From: a virus
Taxonomy: Duplodnaviria; Caudoviricetes
DNA length: 64,000 nucleotides
Reading direction: 5' to 3' (one strand)
IMG/VR virus record: IMGVR_UViG_3300028410_000746
Both the position numbers and the translations under genes were made by a program. Shown here one piece after another: positions 26,072-36,196 of this stretch. Below the pieces are notes generated by a model. It was not told where the DNA came from. It did no database searches and saw only the letters and a list, made by a program, of their open reading frames with translations. Numbering within the stretch: the first letter of the stretch is position 1; every line of letters starts with the position of its first letter.

Positions 26072-26398
26072 TTAAGGGAGCCCCTCGCCTCCGTCAGGAG
26101 CCTGGAGCACTTTGTCCGCGTGTTTAACGATGTCCTGCCGTACTGAAGAAGGAACTGCCACATTCTCACGCTGCCACAGGCGTAACCGCTGAGCAGGGGT
26201 CAAAGAGTCCTCGAAGCCTTGAGGGGTAGCCAACACCGACATCATGGCGTCGAGCTGACGCGCAAAGCGGCCGTGCTCTGCGCTAAGGTCTTCCAACGTC
26301 GCGGCGCCGAAGAGATCCTTGAGGGCCTCCTCGTGTGTCTGTGACATGCGCGCGCGCCATTGAAGGTACAGGGTCTCAAACTGCGTAGTCATCCTCAA
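26072..26398 (-). CDS. Hypothetical protein
   Basis: Tiles operon. Confidence 0.5.
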   Translation of the reverse strand: MRMTTQFETLYLQWRARMSQTHEEALKDLFGAATLEDLSAEHGRFARQLDAMMSVLATPQGFEDSLTPAQRLRLWQRENVAVPSSVRQDIVKHADKVLQAPDGGEGLP

Positions 26399-26417
26399 CT
26401 CCAGCTACTCAAGTACA

Positions 26418-27395
26418 TCAGGGCATCGAAGGGTCGCCCAGATTGGAGGCCCATGGTAGCAGAAGCCCCCGGTTGAGAAACACAAAGACTTCTCCGGGAT
26501 CTCCCAGGTACCGCTTCCCGTACCCCGCAGGCACATCCGGGAACTGTCGGAGCGTCCGACGGTCGTAGTTGATGTAAGTCCCATAGTCTTCAGAAGGCAA
26601 CAAGATCGAGCGCGGCACACGACGTGACAGGTACGTCCCGTCAATGGGGAACGGTTCCGACGTCGAAGGCGAGATGGAGTCGGAAAAGCCCGGATAGAGC
26701 GACTCGTAGTAGGGCGTAGGGTAATCATCCGAAAACAGCACCTGAAAATGCCGGTTCGAGTTGACCATACCCGAGGTGCTGCTTCCGGGGTCAAACCCAT
26801 ACACACCCTCGGTTGCCCATGTGAAGCGAGGATCAACCGGGACCCTGGAGCTGTCGAACATCTGAGAGGAGAAGCCCCACATCGCAGGGATCAGGTTGGT
26901 CAGTGACGTCACGTAGAAGAGCAGCTCAGGGTAGTCGTCATTCTCGATGAGGTAGAGCGAAAACGTCAAGCCTGCATTGGATGTGTTGTAGTTGTCGATC
27001 GTCTTGACGTGCGTGGAGAGCGTGGGCCAAAACGACGCGTCGCTGTATGGCAAGTCTCCCGTGACAAATGCCGCCGTGAAGCCTCCCCCACGCGCGTAGC
27101 TGAAGCCTAGCGCGCCATCCGCCACGTTATCATTGGTCGTACGTCGTGAGATCTCCACCTGCTCGGTGTAGCTGATGCTCTCCCCGTTCGGGCAGCTCAC
27201 GAGGACCTCATGCGTCCCATTCGTACACACGAAGTACGACCTCTCAGTCGTACCTGAACCATACGACTGGAGCGCGCCTACGGACCATGTAGTGAGGTTG
27301 GTGGCGAAGAAGTTCTGCATGAACGTCCCCTCGCCGTTGGTCGTACCCGAGGCACCATACGGATCACGAGCTATGGTGTAGCCAACGCGAGGCAT
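26418..27395 (-). CDS. Putative virion/tail protein
   Basis: S/T/G/aromatic-rich; lies in the structural cluster. Confidence 0.55.
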   Translation of the reverse strand: MPRVGYTIARDPYGASGTTNGEGTFMQNFFATNLTTWSVGALQSYGSGTTERSYFVCTNGTHEVLVSCPNGESISYTEQVEISRRTTNDNVADGALGFSYARGGGFTAAFVTGDLPYSDASFWPTLSTHVKTIDNYNTSNAGLTFSLYLIENDDYPELLFYVTSLTNLIPAMWGFSSQMFDSSRVPVDPRFTWATEGVYGFDPGSSTSGMVNSNRHFQVLFSDDYPTPYYESLYPGFSDSISPSTSEPFPIDGTYLSRRVPRSILLPSEDYGTYINYDRRTLRQFPDVPAGYGKRYLGDPGEVFVFLNRGLLLPWASNLGDPSMP

Positions 27396-28471
27396 CAGGG
27401 CATACCGGTAGGGTCAGGGTAGGGGAAGGAGGGGTTACCCGGCACGTAGGCCATGCACAGGTCTGCGTGGAACTTGATGAGGCTGCCTCCATCGAACTGC
27501 GTGAGCTGCTGACGCCCCGAGGCACCCATGACACGTACGACATCCGGGTCAATGTACCCCTTGTAAAAGGTGCCAGTGCTCAAGACACATACATCCCAGG
27601 GGTAGCGGCCATCCCCAAACGGAACGTTGTCCGGGTTGAACCCACCCGCCTCAAACTGATCCTCCAGCAAGACTTGAACGCCTCCATCATCAAAGACCCA
27701 GTGGGAATCCGCTACGATAGAGCCCCCACTAGCGCTGTCCAACATGTACACGAACGTTCCAGACGTTTGTGTATCCGTGCTGCGGTACGGGATCACTATT
27801 TCACCCAGGAACCAACACCCTCGAATCGTCATCGACGACGCAAAGCCGTGGTACAGGGCCACGAAGGGCTTATCCGGGTCGAACACGAACACTGCGCGTG
27901 TCCCTGTTGTCGAATACGCCGTCATCCCATCCGACGCACGAGAGGCGAGGCCATACAACGTGCCTGCGGGCATGAACGTCTCAATCGACGTGTACGGGCT
28001 AATCGCAGGGGCATCAAAGTCCCCGCCTACCAGAGCGCCGCTCGCATCCAGGCCCGTGCCGTAACCCCCCGAAGGTGCGTAGTGCATGGCAAACTGACCA
28101 TCATCGCCAAAGCTTACGCCGCCGCGAACGTCCTGGAAGAAGGTGCCGCGTTGCGCAGACGTAACCTGATCAAACTCGGCCGGGAAGAAGGAACCCTGAG
28201 AACCGCTCCAGAAGAAGATCCACTCGGGACCCAACTTGGCCGACGGCGCGCCGCCATCCATGAGGGCCACGACGAATGCGTAACCTTCAATAGTCGAGAG
28301 ACCGGGCCACTTGAAGATGTCCGAGACCTGCCACGTCGTCTGGAGGCTGTCAGGGTCCAGAGCCGCACGGAACGCATCACGGATGCGAGTGACCTCCGCA
28401 TCCGCGCGCACCTTGGTCTGGTAGCGAAGGTAGGGGTCCCAGATTCCGATGTCTACAAAGCTGCGTGCCAT
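27395..28471 (-). CDS. Putative virion/tail protein
   Basis: Similar composition and size to its neighbour; likely paralog. Confidence 0.55.
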   Translation of the reverse strand: MARSFVDIGIWDPYLRYQTKVRADAEVTRIRDAFRAALDPDSLQTTWQVSDIFKWPGLSTIEGYAFVVALMDGGAPSAKLGPEWIFFWSGSQGSFFPAEFDQVTSAQRGTFFQDVRGGVSFGDDGQFAMHYAPSGGYGTGLDASGALVGGDFDAPAISPYTSIETFMPAGTLYGLASRASDGMTAYSTTGTRAVFVFDPDKPFVALYHGFASSMTIRGCWFLGEIVIPYRSTDTQTSGTFVYMLDSASGGSIVADSHWVFDDGGVQVLLEDQFEAGGFNPDNVPFGDGRYPWDVCVLSTGTFYKGYIDPDVVRVMGASGRQQLTQFDGGSLIKFHADLCMAYVPGNPSFPYPDPTGMP

Positions 28472-28520
28472 GTCGCCTCCAAGCTAGTCCAATACACTTA
28501 GAAGCGCTACAAGCCGATTA

Positions 28521-29030
28521 TCAGACGATCTGCGTCACGCGCAGCTCATCCGTGAGTTCGGTCGGATTGGACGTCAGCGTCCCCTTTGGAGTCATCCGCA
28601 CCGGCTCATACCGTTCCAGTAGGTCGAGTGCGAGGGCCGATCGAGGATGTGCCGCGTAGGTCTCAGGAAGCACATCCAGCGCGATGGTAGCGGTCGTATT
28701 GAAGGAGGAAGCCAGGGTCACCGTGTTGGTGACCGTGATCGGACCCTCCGGGGAGTTGTCCGCCGTGAACGACAAGACCGGGTTGGCCGTATCCTGGACC
28801 AGGAACGTCGCCTCCCCATTGCTCAGCGTCTTGGAGTTGTCGAGCACGGTGAACGTGCCGTCCGAGTTCGCATCAAAGAGAATGCCGAGGTCGGTACTCG
28901 TTAGAGTGACCACGGTAGTGCTGTCATCGGAAATGAAGCTCCCTGAAGCATCAAGGGCGCGCACCAGGACCTCGAAGGTGCTACCCACCTGAATGGTCGA
29001 GGGGACCAGAATCTCAAAGCTGTCAATCAT
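28521..29030 (-). CDS. Ig-like domain virion protein
   Basis: FEVLVRALD..DSTTVVTLTS..FDANSDGTF..KTLSNGEATF. Confidence 0.6.
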   Translation of the reverse strand: MIDSFEILVPSTIQVGSTFEVLVRALDASGSFISDDSTTVVTLTSTDLGILFDANSDGTFTVLDNSKTLSNGEATFLVQDTANPVLSFTADNSPEGPITVTNTVTLASSFNTTATIALDVLPETYAAHPRSALALDLLERYEPVRMTPKGTLTSNPTELTDELRVTQIV

Positions 29031-29048
29031 GTGAGCTGCTCCTGTACA

Positions 29049-30041
29049 TCACGCCCCTACCGTAAGGAGGCTGCGAATCTCCGCCACGTCATCAAAGCCA
29101 TACTCCGCACCCGCGTTGTAGAACACCCCCTCCATCGCACCGATGTGGTAGAGGGCGCCGTTGGTCAGCTTGCCAAACTCTGCGATCTGGGCATGAACGC
29201 CTGCATCGGCTGCGATCGTGCCCGTGGTGCCTACTTGCACACCGTTGAGGTACATTCGCATGTCCACACCGTCGCCAATGACGACGACATCGAGAGCGTC
29301 TCCCAGGGTGTATGAGCCATTGAAGCTCACAAAGTCGCATCTGTGCGTGATCCCACCCCCCCCATTCCAGGTCACAAACGACATGCTGGAGCCACCCGCA
29401 TAGATGAACAGGTTGACCCCTCGACCGCTCGATGCGCGCGTGTGGAGGATGCTCATGTCGATAGTGAAGACGGGGCTGTCGTACGCATCAATGCGCCCCC
29501 TCCAACCAAACGCGAAGATGCCTGTTTGGGTCATCGCCTGGAAGGTGCTGGTGTCTCCCCCACGGAAGAAGTTGGTTTGAGTGGCGGCGTTGTCCATCTC
29601 GACGAGGTTGGCTAGATTTTGCGGCCGGTTAGCGCCCTGAGCCGTCAGCGTAAGACCCGAAGCCGTTTGCGTATCCCAGGTGTCGACATCCGTACCGGTC
29701 CCCGTGATCCCCACGTCGGAACGAACAAGCACGTCCGACGTGGGGAAGATGATGATAGGGGCATCACCGGACACCAAAACACCCTCGGAGGTAACAAAGA
29801 CGACTCCCTGGCGCAGCAGCTCATCGCGCGCGAGGCCCTCGAACTTCGGATGCACTGCCAGGGTCTCCGGCGTGCTGTCCAGATAGAGGATGTCTCCGCC
29901 TGAGACGCGCTGGATCACACGTGACTCGTTGGAGGGGACACCTCCCGGACCCTCTGCCACGAGCGTGAGGTCTCCGGAGGTCAGATCACGGACCCGAATC
30001 ACGAACTGACCGCCTGTCAATGTCTTGACGTCATCTGCCAT
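29049..30041 (-). CDS. LamG/ConA-like lectin domain virion protein
   Basis: C-terminal LamG pattern (MRMYLNGVQV..IGAMEGVFYN); start MADDVK. Confidence 0.65.
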   Translation of the reverse strand: MADDVKTLTGGQFVIRVRDLTSGDLTLVAEGPGGVPSNESRVIQRVSGGDILYLDSTPETLAVHPKFEGLARDELLRQGVVFVTSEGVLVSGDAPIIIFPTSDVLVRSDVGITGTGTDVDTWDTQTASGLTLTAQGANRPQNLANLVEMDNAATQTNFFRGGDTSTFQAMTQTGIFAFGWRGRIDAYDSPVFTIDMSILHTRASSGRGVNLFIYAGGSSMSFVTWNGGGGITHRCDFVSFNGSYTLGDALDVVVIGDGVDMRMYLNGVQVGTTGTIAADAGVHAQIAEFGKLTNGALYHIGAMEGVFYNAGAEYGFDDVAEIRSLLTVGA

Positions 30042-30042
30042 C

Positions 30043-33000
30043 TCAAACCTCTCCGAAGGTGCCGTCGCCGTCGCTGTCGAACTCAACATCCTGATCCGAC
30101 GACATCAGCACCTGCGTGGTCGAGTCCGTCGTGACCAGCTTCCCCGTCACATCGCGCGCGCGCACACGAAGGTCAAAGTCTCCGCCCGAAACGATCCCAT
30201 TGGGAGCCGTGATCTCGTACTCCGTGACCGGACCCAGAGCCTCCAGGTAATGGGCGAGAACGTCCGTGACCAGGAGAGCCCGATCGTAGACTGCAAAGTC
30301 CGAGACGATGCCTTGCATGCCCCTACCCAGATCCCACGTCGTAGGAAGCAACGCAGCTCCCCCCGAGTACGGCGTAGAAGCCTCCTGAGAGCCGTCAATG
30401 TAGATCCGCATCCAGCTACCGTCGTAAGTCAGGACGAGGTGGTAGGGCTCGCCTACCTCCCGGCCCGAGACCTGGAGCGACTTGGTGCCCCCCGTCGTGG
30501 TCAGGGTCCACGAGTACGTCCCATCCTCCAGGAGCTGTATCTCGTCTCCCAGAATGGCAGAAGCGCCCGGCGCTCGAACGTTGACCCACATCTCGATCGT
30601 CAGGGGGCCCGTGATGAGATTCCGGTACGCCAGCGTGGGAAGCGACACGTAACCCGAGTCCACGCGCGCAGCGTTCTCCAAATCCTTGGCGAGGTAGCCC
30701 AACGTATCCCTTGGGACTCCGTTGATGTAGCTGCCATGTGCCTGGAGTGGTCGGACGTCGTACGCGCGCGCGCCTGAGGCCTCATTGAGGGGGTAGTAGG
30801 CCAGCGGCTCATCCCCAAACACCAACGCAGGGTAGAACTGGCCGAAGATGCTCACGCTGGCCTGAGACGTATCCCGGTTGCCGAACGTATCCTCAATGGT
30901 GAAGTCGAACGTGGCGACTCCAAGGAACCCCGTGGCAGGTGTGAACAGGATCGTGTTGTTGATGCCGGTACCAATCAAGCTCGTGTTGCCCTCCACGCCC
31001 ACGCTGTCCACGCTCACGATCTTGAGCGGATCACCCTCAGGGTCTGAGGCCAATGCGATAGGGTTGAGGACCGCCGCCTGCTGGAAGATCACAGGCTGGA
31101 AGATCGGCAAGGCCACCGGAGCTTGGTTGGCCTCAATAGTCACCGTGATCGTCGCCGTATCCGTGAGCCCAAACTCGTCCGTGATCTCATAGTCGAACGA
31201 GTCCACGAACGGGGTCGCCAACAGGGGATGCACGTAGGAGATGAAGTCGTCGTACACACTCCCCACGTTACCGCCCACGTTGATCGACACGGTGCCGCCC
31301 TGAGCGCTTACAGGATCAGCGTTCGACACGAAGAACAGGTCGCCGTCCGGGTCGAAGTCGTTGGAGCGAGGGTCTACGTTGAGCACCTCACCCTCAGCTA
31401 CCGTGACGCTCAAGTCCGAGGCCACTGGTGCTTGGTTCGCGCCAACCTGGACCGTCACCTGAGCCGACTCAATCTGTCCGTAGGAGTCACGCGTCGTACA
31501 CGTCACGACATACGTACCCACCCCAGGGAACTGGAAGCTACCGGAGCGTGCCGTAGACGTCCCCGCCCCACCGAAATCCCAGAAGTAGGTGTAGCTCTTG
31601 TCAAAGCCCGTGGCTCCCGTCACCGACGCGCTGAAGGTGATCACCTCCGTAACAGGCAAGGACAGCGGAGAGACCGAGATGTTGAGCGTGTAGCTGATCA
31701 CCACCTGGACCGTACGGACCGTCGAGTTACCGAACGTGTCCGAGATCGTATAGGTGTAGCTGTCCAGACCCACGAAGCCGGGGTTTGGAGTGTAGAGAAG
31801 GCGATCGTCGCTCAGGTCTCCAGGGGTACCCCCCTCCACGCGCGTCACCACACCCGCTGAAGGCTGCGTGAAGCCCGTCAAGGTGATCACCTCACCCTCA
31901 GGGTCCGTGGCAGTCGCCAGGGGATCTACCTCACGCGGCGTGTCCAGAGGAGCCGATACGCGGAAGTTGACCGCTGACGGCGAGAAGTTGTTGACCCTCA
32001 CACTAACCGCACCCACATCCGTGCGGGTCCCATCATCCAACGTATAGGTGAAGCTGGTCGTACCTGCGAAGCCCGCAGGAGCCGTATACGTGATCGTGTC
32101 ATCCACGTTGAGCACCGCCGCGCCTTCCCCAACAGGGGGCTGCGTGATCGCGCTCACCGAGAGCGGGTCCGGGAACGGGGTCGTATCGTTCCCCAGGACG
32201 CCAAACGTCACTGAACCTTCAAATGGACACACGGCCGAGTCCGAGATCGCCTCGAACTGGATCACCTTGACCGTGATGATGATCGTCCCGTCTCCAAGCA
32301 GCCCATCCTCGTCCTGGACTTGGTAGACAAACGTATCGGTACCCAGGAAGCCCGGAGCCGGCGTGTACTGGACTTGATTGCCTACCACGACGGCTGACCC
32401 ACCTTCGGGCGTGGGCGTCTGCACATCGACCACAGTGAGCGTCTGAGAGGGCGGGTCCGGACGGTCATTGGACTGAGGGGAGAAGGTAACAGTCGTATCC
32501 GGCGAAATGGTCCTACGGTCCGTGGCAGTCTGGATTGGCTTCTTGGCCGCCACGGAGACCGTCACCACCGCTTGCGAGAGGGCGCCAGAGCCGTTGGTGA
32601 TCTCGTAGGTGAACGTGTCGTCCGCGTCCTGGAAAGTGTCATCAGGCGTATAGAGGAACGATGCCGACTCTCCGCTGCCTTGAAGCGCCACGGTACCATT
32701 GGCAGGCTGCGTGAATGAGTTGATGGACCCCAGGCCACCCGGAGGAAACGAATCGTTCGACAGGACGTTCAACGTCCTCGGCTGTCTGTAACCCGTGCCG
32801 AAGAAGTCACTGAAGGCGTTGAGGTCCGGGACCGGATCGACGTTGATCGTGGGGAACGCGCGCGAGCGGTTTGCCTGTCCATCGGTGACGAAACCCACCG
32901 GCGAATACACGCCCGTCTCCAGGTACTGGACGACCGTGGTGTTGGACGCCTGAGGTCCAACAGAGGGCGTGAACCCGTCCGGACTGAACGAGTACGTCAA

Positions 33001-33858
33001 GGGGTCCTCGTCCGGATCGGTCGCGGAGAGCACGAACGTCACCGACTCCCCCTCAAAAATGTTGACCGTCCCCGAGTTGAACCCATTCGCCGTGGAAGAC
33101 GAGATCACCGGAGCGGAGTTGGCGTCGTTGTTAAAATCGGTACGCTGGCCCGCGTCGATGTCGATCCCATCTCCGTAGAGTGCGACCTCATCAATCACCC
33201 CGTCGAAGCGCTGGCCGTTGTTGTAGGCACCGATCTGGACGTTCTCCGTCCCAAGAGCCGGCGCGGGCACGTTGGCCACCAAGTCTCCGCGTACGCCGTT
33301 GAGGAACACTGCGTTGGTCGTGCCGTCCCAGTTCGCCAAGATGTAGACGAACTCACCCGGCGAGATCACCGAAGGGCTCGTCGCGATCTTGGCCGACGCA
33401 GAGTCGTTGTACCAAAACTTGATCCGGCCGTCCGGGAGAAGAGAGAGCTGGAAATTGTTCGTGCCCACATTAGTGCCGCGAGACACGAGGACCTCCTCGG
33501 AGGCCGGCAAGGCGTCTACCTTGATCCAGCAGTCCACCGCAAACTGCGTGAACGCTTGGTTCAACGCTGCGTTGGAGGTCACCGTGATGAAGCCATCCAC
33601 CCCGTCCAGCTCGATGGCCGTATCACGCGCGTCGCGCGTCAGCGGGCTAGCCACCCCCCGAGTGATCCCGGTAGAAGTGAGCGTCCCATTGGTCCCATTG
33701 GTCGACGTATCAAACGCAGTCAGCCCTGCCGACTCCTGGAACCTCAGGTACATCAAAGGGTTCTGCCGCAACACAAACGAAGCGTAGTTGAGCCCACCCG
33801 GCACGAGCCGGTTGAAGTCAAAGATCAGGTTTGGGTTGAGGTTGTTGAAATCTGCCAT
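30043..33858 (-). CDS. Large tail/adhesin-like protein: LamG, tandem cadherin/Big_9-like repeats, PKD, LamG
   Basis: Two LamG domains (FDGVIDEVALY, SDFAVYDRAL); repeated DP(D/E)GD..FTY.I.D units; PKD motif YFWDFGG. Confidence 0.85.
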   Translation of the reverse strand: MADFNNLNPNLIFDFNRLVPGGLNYASFVLRQNPLMYLRFQESAGLTAFDTSTNGTNGTLTSTGITRGVASPLTRDARDTAIELDGVDGFITVTSNAALNQAFTQFAVDCWIKVDALPASEEVLVSRGTNVGTNNFQLSLLPDGRIKFWYNDSASAKIATSPSVISPGEFVYILANWDGTTNAVFLNGVRGDLVANVPAPALGTENVQIGAYNNGQRFDGVIDEVALYGDGIDIDAGQRTDFNNDANSAPVISSSTANGFNSGTVNIFEGESVTFVLSATDPDEDPLTYSFSPDGFTPSVGPQASNTTVVQYLETGVYSPVGFVTDGQANRSRAFPTINVDPVPDLNAFSDFFGTGYRQPRTLNVLSNDSFPPGGLGSINSFTQPANGTVALQGSGESASFLYTPDDTFQDADDTFTYEITNGSGALSQAVVTVSVAAKKPIQTATDRRTISPDTTVTFSPQSNDRPDPPSQTLTVVDVQTPTPEGGSAVVVGNQVQYTPAPGFLGTDTFVYQVQDEDGLLGDGTIIITVKVIQFEAISDSAVCPFEGSVTFGVLGNDTTPFPDPLSVSAITQPPVGEGAAVLNVDDTITYTAPAGFAGTTSFTYTLDDGTRTDVGAVSVRVNNFSPSAVNFRVSAPLDTPREVDPLATATDPEGEVITLTGFTQPSAGVVTRVEGGTPGDLSDDRLLYTPNPGFVGLDSYTYTISDTFGNSTVRTVQVVISYTLNISVSPLSLPVTEVITFSASVTGATGFDKSYTYFWDFGGAGTSTARSGSFQFPGVGTYVVTCTTRDSYGQIESAQVTVQVGANQAPVASDLSVTVAEGEVLNVDPRSNDFDPDGDLFFVSNADPVSAQGGTVSINVGGNVGSVYDDFISYVHPLLATPFVDSFDYEITDEFGLTDTATITVTIEANQAPVALPIFQPVIFQQAAVLNPIALASDPEGDPLKIVSVDSVGVEGNTSLIGTGINNTILFTPATGFLGVATFDFTIEDTFGNRDTSQASVSIFGQFYPALVFGDEPLAYYPLNEASGARAYDVRPLQAHGSYINGVPRDTLGYLAKDLENAARVDSGYVSLPTLAYRNLITGPLTIEMWVNVRAPGASAILGDEIQLLEDGTYSWTLTTTGGTKSLQVSGREVGEPYHLVLTYDGSWMRIYIDGSQEASTPYSGGAALLPTTWDLGRGMQGIVSDFAVYDRALLVTDVLAHYLEALGPVTEYEITAPNGIVSGGDFDLRVRARDVTGKLVTTDSTTQVLMSSDQDVEFDSDGDGTFGEV

Positions 33859-33902
33859 GAGACCCGCCGCGAGAGTGCTTGAACACTCCCGCTATAGACA
33901 GA

Positions 33903-34397
33903 CTACCAAAGGCCCGCGACCAGCGCACCAACAGAGGCCACCACGAAGGCCATGCCTCCGACACGGTAGATCCACGGGCTCGTCCCCGAAGCCTCCGCCG
34001 CCTTGCGCAGATCCGTCTTGGGGTGCAGGCCCAGCGAGTTGGTGAACATGTCCACGACGCCTCCCCCCCACAGCACCACCCACGCCAGAAGGACCCAGCC
34101 ACCCCAACCCCACCACGCAGCCAAAGGCATCAGCGTTAGGGCTACCAAGCTCGGAAGACGTGGTGCCATCGAGATCCAGAACTCCTCTCGGGGCTCCGGA
34201 GACCTCACCATGTAGTAGGAGACGCTCGCCCAACGGATGCCTCCCTCGTAGCGGCGAGGCCATGGGTTGATCGTGTAGCGCAGAACGCCGACCAGACGGT
34301 CCGCCATCCACACGTGGGAATGCTCATGAAGCTGCACCCAGATCACATGAGTCAGAGGGATGAGGTAGAGCAGGTGCAGGTAGGTCCAGGGGGACAT
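33903..34397 (-). CDS. Membrane protein with an HExxH motif (zincin-like)
   Basis: LHEHSH, SMAP, TM helices. Confidence 0.5.
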   Translation of the reverse strand: MSPWTYLHLLYLIPLTHVIWVQLHEHSHVWMADRLVGVLRYTINPWPRRYEGGIRWASVSYYMVRSPEPREEFWISMAPRLPSLVALTLMPLAAWWGWGGWVLLAWVVLWGGGVVDMFTNSLGLHPKTDLRKAAEASGTSPWIYRVGGMAFVVASVGALVAGLW

Positions 34398-34455
34398 GAG
34401 ACGCCTCGCGTGTCAGGTAGTGTGGACCACCTGACATACAAGGACGATATCCACA

Positions 34456-34956
34456 TCAGAGACGGCAGACCTGCCACTCCCGCGAGGAGGCCTCGAAGAT
34501 GTCCTGAACGAAACCGGAAGGCTTGACGCTCCAGTCAGGATCACTCTCGGACCAGCACAGGCCTCCCAGGCCACACCCCACCGGGACCGTAACGTAGTAG
34601 TCGTAAGCCACGTAACCCTCCAGCTCTCGCACCACCTTCTCCACCGCGTCGTAGTCGGCATAGGCGTGCCCTGGCATGGTCCGACGGCCGTAGTCGAGCT
34701 GCGTGATTGCGTTGACCACCGACAGCTCGGGCGACATGTGCACGATCTGGTGTGTCCCGAGAATGAGCGGCCGGGGTACCGTAGCACAGTGCCGGAGGTA
34801 CGCGTGAAACGCAGCCGGCCACCGCTGCTTAACCACGCGCGCGACGCCCGCGCCCATGACCCCCCGAGAGTTGCAGCCGTGTAGGAAGAGGACGCGCCCG
34901 TTGAGGCCTTCCAGGAAGGCGAAGGCGTCTGTCTTGTCGTGCATCGTGACGGACAT
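34456..34956 (-). CDS. Macrodomain (ADP-ribosyl hydrolase, TARG1/DarG-like)
   Basis: HGCNSRGVMGAGVA..VVNAITQ..VGCGLGGLCW. Confidence 0.85.
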   Translation of the reverse strand: MSVTMHDKTDAFAFLEGLNGRVLFLHGCNSRGVMGAGVARVVKQRWPAAFHAYLRHCATVPRPLILGTHQIVHMSPELSVVNAITQLDYGRRTMPGHAYADYDAVEKVVRELEGYVAYDYYVTVPVGCGLGGLCWSESDPDWSVKPSGFVQDIFEASSREWQVCRL

Positions 34957-34966
34957 CAGCCGTACC

Positions 34967-35476
34967 TCACTTGAGCTGCTTGAGGCGCTTCACCAGGGAC
35001 CCGTAAGACCCCCAAAGCTCCCTGGACGCGACGTAGAAATCGGTCTCGAAGCCCCGAACGTGGTCGTAGCGACGTTCCCGCTCCCACTTGGGTTGAGTGC
35101 CGGCCGGCAGCACCATCACACTGTGGGTGACCTGACTGACGCATATCACTCCCACGGGGCGAGGCTCCTTTGCATCCCACCCGCTGACCGTATCCACGAA
35201 CACGTCGTCGTAAGGGAAGTCTGCGGGAGACTTGAACTTGACACGACGAGACTTGACCTCAAAGACCAGCTCTCGTCCGGACCCCACCTCCACCACCACG
35301 TCCGAATCCTGGAGGTACTGGTGCGCCTGAGAGACGTGATCTCGAAGAGTCTGCTTGGGGCACGAGGCCTTGAGACCGTCTCGTGTGAGCAAGCCCACCA
35401 CGTAACGCTCCCACTTGTGGCCCTCAGCACACTCGCGCAAGAACAACGCGTCGTTCTGGAACCAGTCCGTGGTCAT
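34967..35476 (-). CDS. PD-(D/E)xK-fold nuclease-like protein
   Basis: GHKWE..DSDV..FEVKSR. Confidence 0.55.
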   Translation of the reverse strand: MTTDWFQNDALFLRECAEGHKWERYVVGLLTRDGLKASCPKQTLRDHVSQAHQYLQDSDVVVEVGSGRELVFEVKSRRVKFKSPADFPYDDVFVDTVSGWDAKEPRPVGVICVSQVTHSVMVLPAGTQPKWERERRYDHVRGFETDFYVASRELWGSYGSLVKRLKQLK

Positions 35477-35835
35477 GACGCCTCCGAAGGCTCCTCGATA
35501 CCCAGAAGTTCTCCTTCGCGAACAAGGAAGAACTCCTGACCTTCCGACTTCACCACGGTCGCGCTACGCGGACGGAAGAGGACGCGATCACCAACACGTA
35601 CGCGAAGGGGGATACACTCCATCTGACGAGGACCGCCCACCAAGTGACCGTTGTGTTCGATCGACGGACCGTCCACCGCGCGGTCGGTACGGTAGCCTTC
35701 CCCCACCGCGACCACATTCGAGTACCGAGCCTCGTTGGGGTCGTCTGTGGTGGAAAGGACGAGCCCCGAAGCGGTCGTCTTGGGGGCCTCTTCTTTACGG
35801 AGGAGGATCAGGTCATACAGAGGTCGAAAAGCCAT
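35473..35835 (-). CDS. groES: Co-chaperonin GroES with an internal insertion
   Basis: FRPLYDLILL..KTTASGLVL..VVAVGEG..VRVGDRVLF..LVREGELLGI. Confidence 0.92.
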   Translation of the reverse strand: MAFRPLYDLILLRKEEAPKTTASGLVLSTTDDPNEARYSNVVAVGEGYRTDRAVDGPSIEHNGHLVGGPRQMECIPLRVRVGDRVLFRPRSATVVKSEGQEFFLVREGELLGIEEPSEAS

Positions 35836-35896
35836 AGCGGTATCCTTTTGATGATTGCACCGGGATTGTAACACCAAGAAGCGCGAACAGTAAATC

Positions 35897-36196
35897 TCAA
35901 TTTAGCGACGCACTCCGAAGCTCAACCTCCGAGTCGCACAGCGTCGCCGTACCGCTGTGGTCAAACCTCACCGTCGGAAAGACGGCCCCATCCGCATACC
36001 GATCAACCGACACCACCCAGCCCTCATCGCCAGCGCGACAGTGAACCCACCCAGGCTCTCCGGGAACCGCCTCCAGGAGAGACTCTCGGTCCCCCTCTAC
36101 CAGGGTCTGCGTTGCCGCCACTCGCTGTCCTACTTTCCAACACATACTCTCTCCGCTATACGACCTCAACTCACGTCGAGTCCGGTTTGGTTTCAA
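35897..36196 (-). CDS. Hypothetical protein
   Basis: Tiles operon. Confidence 0.45.
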   Translation of the reverse strand: MKPNRTRRELRSYSGESMCWKVGQRVAATQTLVEGDRESLLEAVPGEPGWVHCRAGDEGWVVSVDRYADGAVFPTVRFDHSGTATLCDSEVELRSASLN

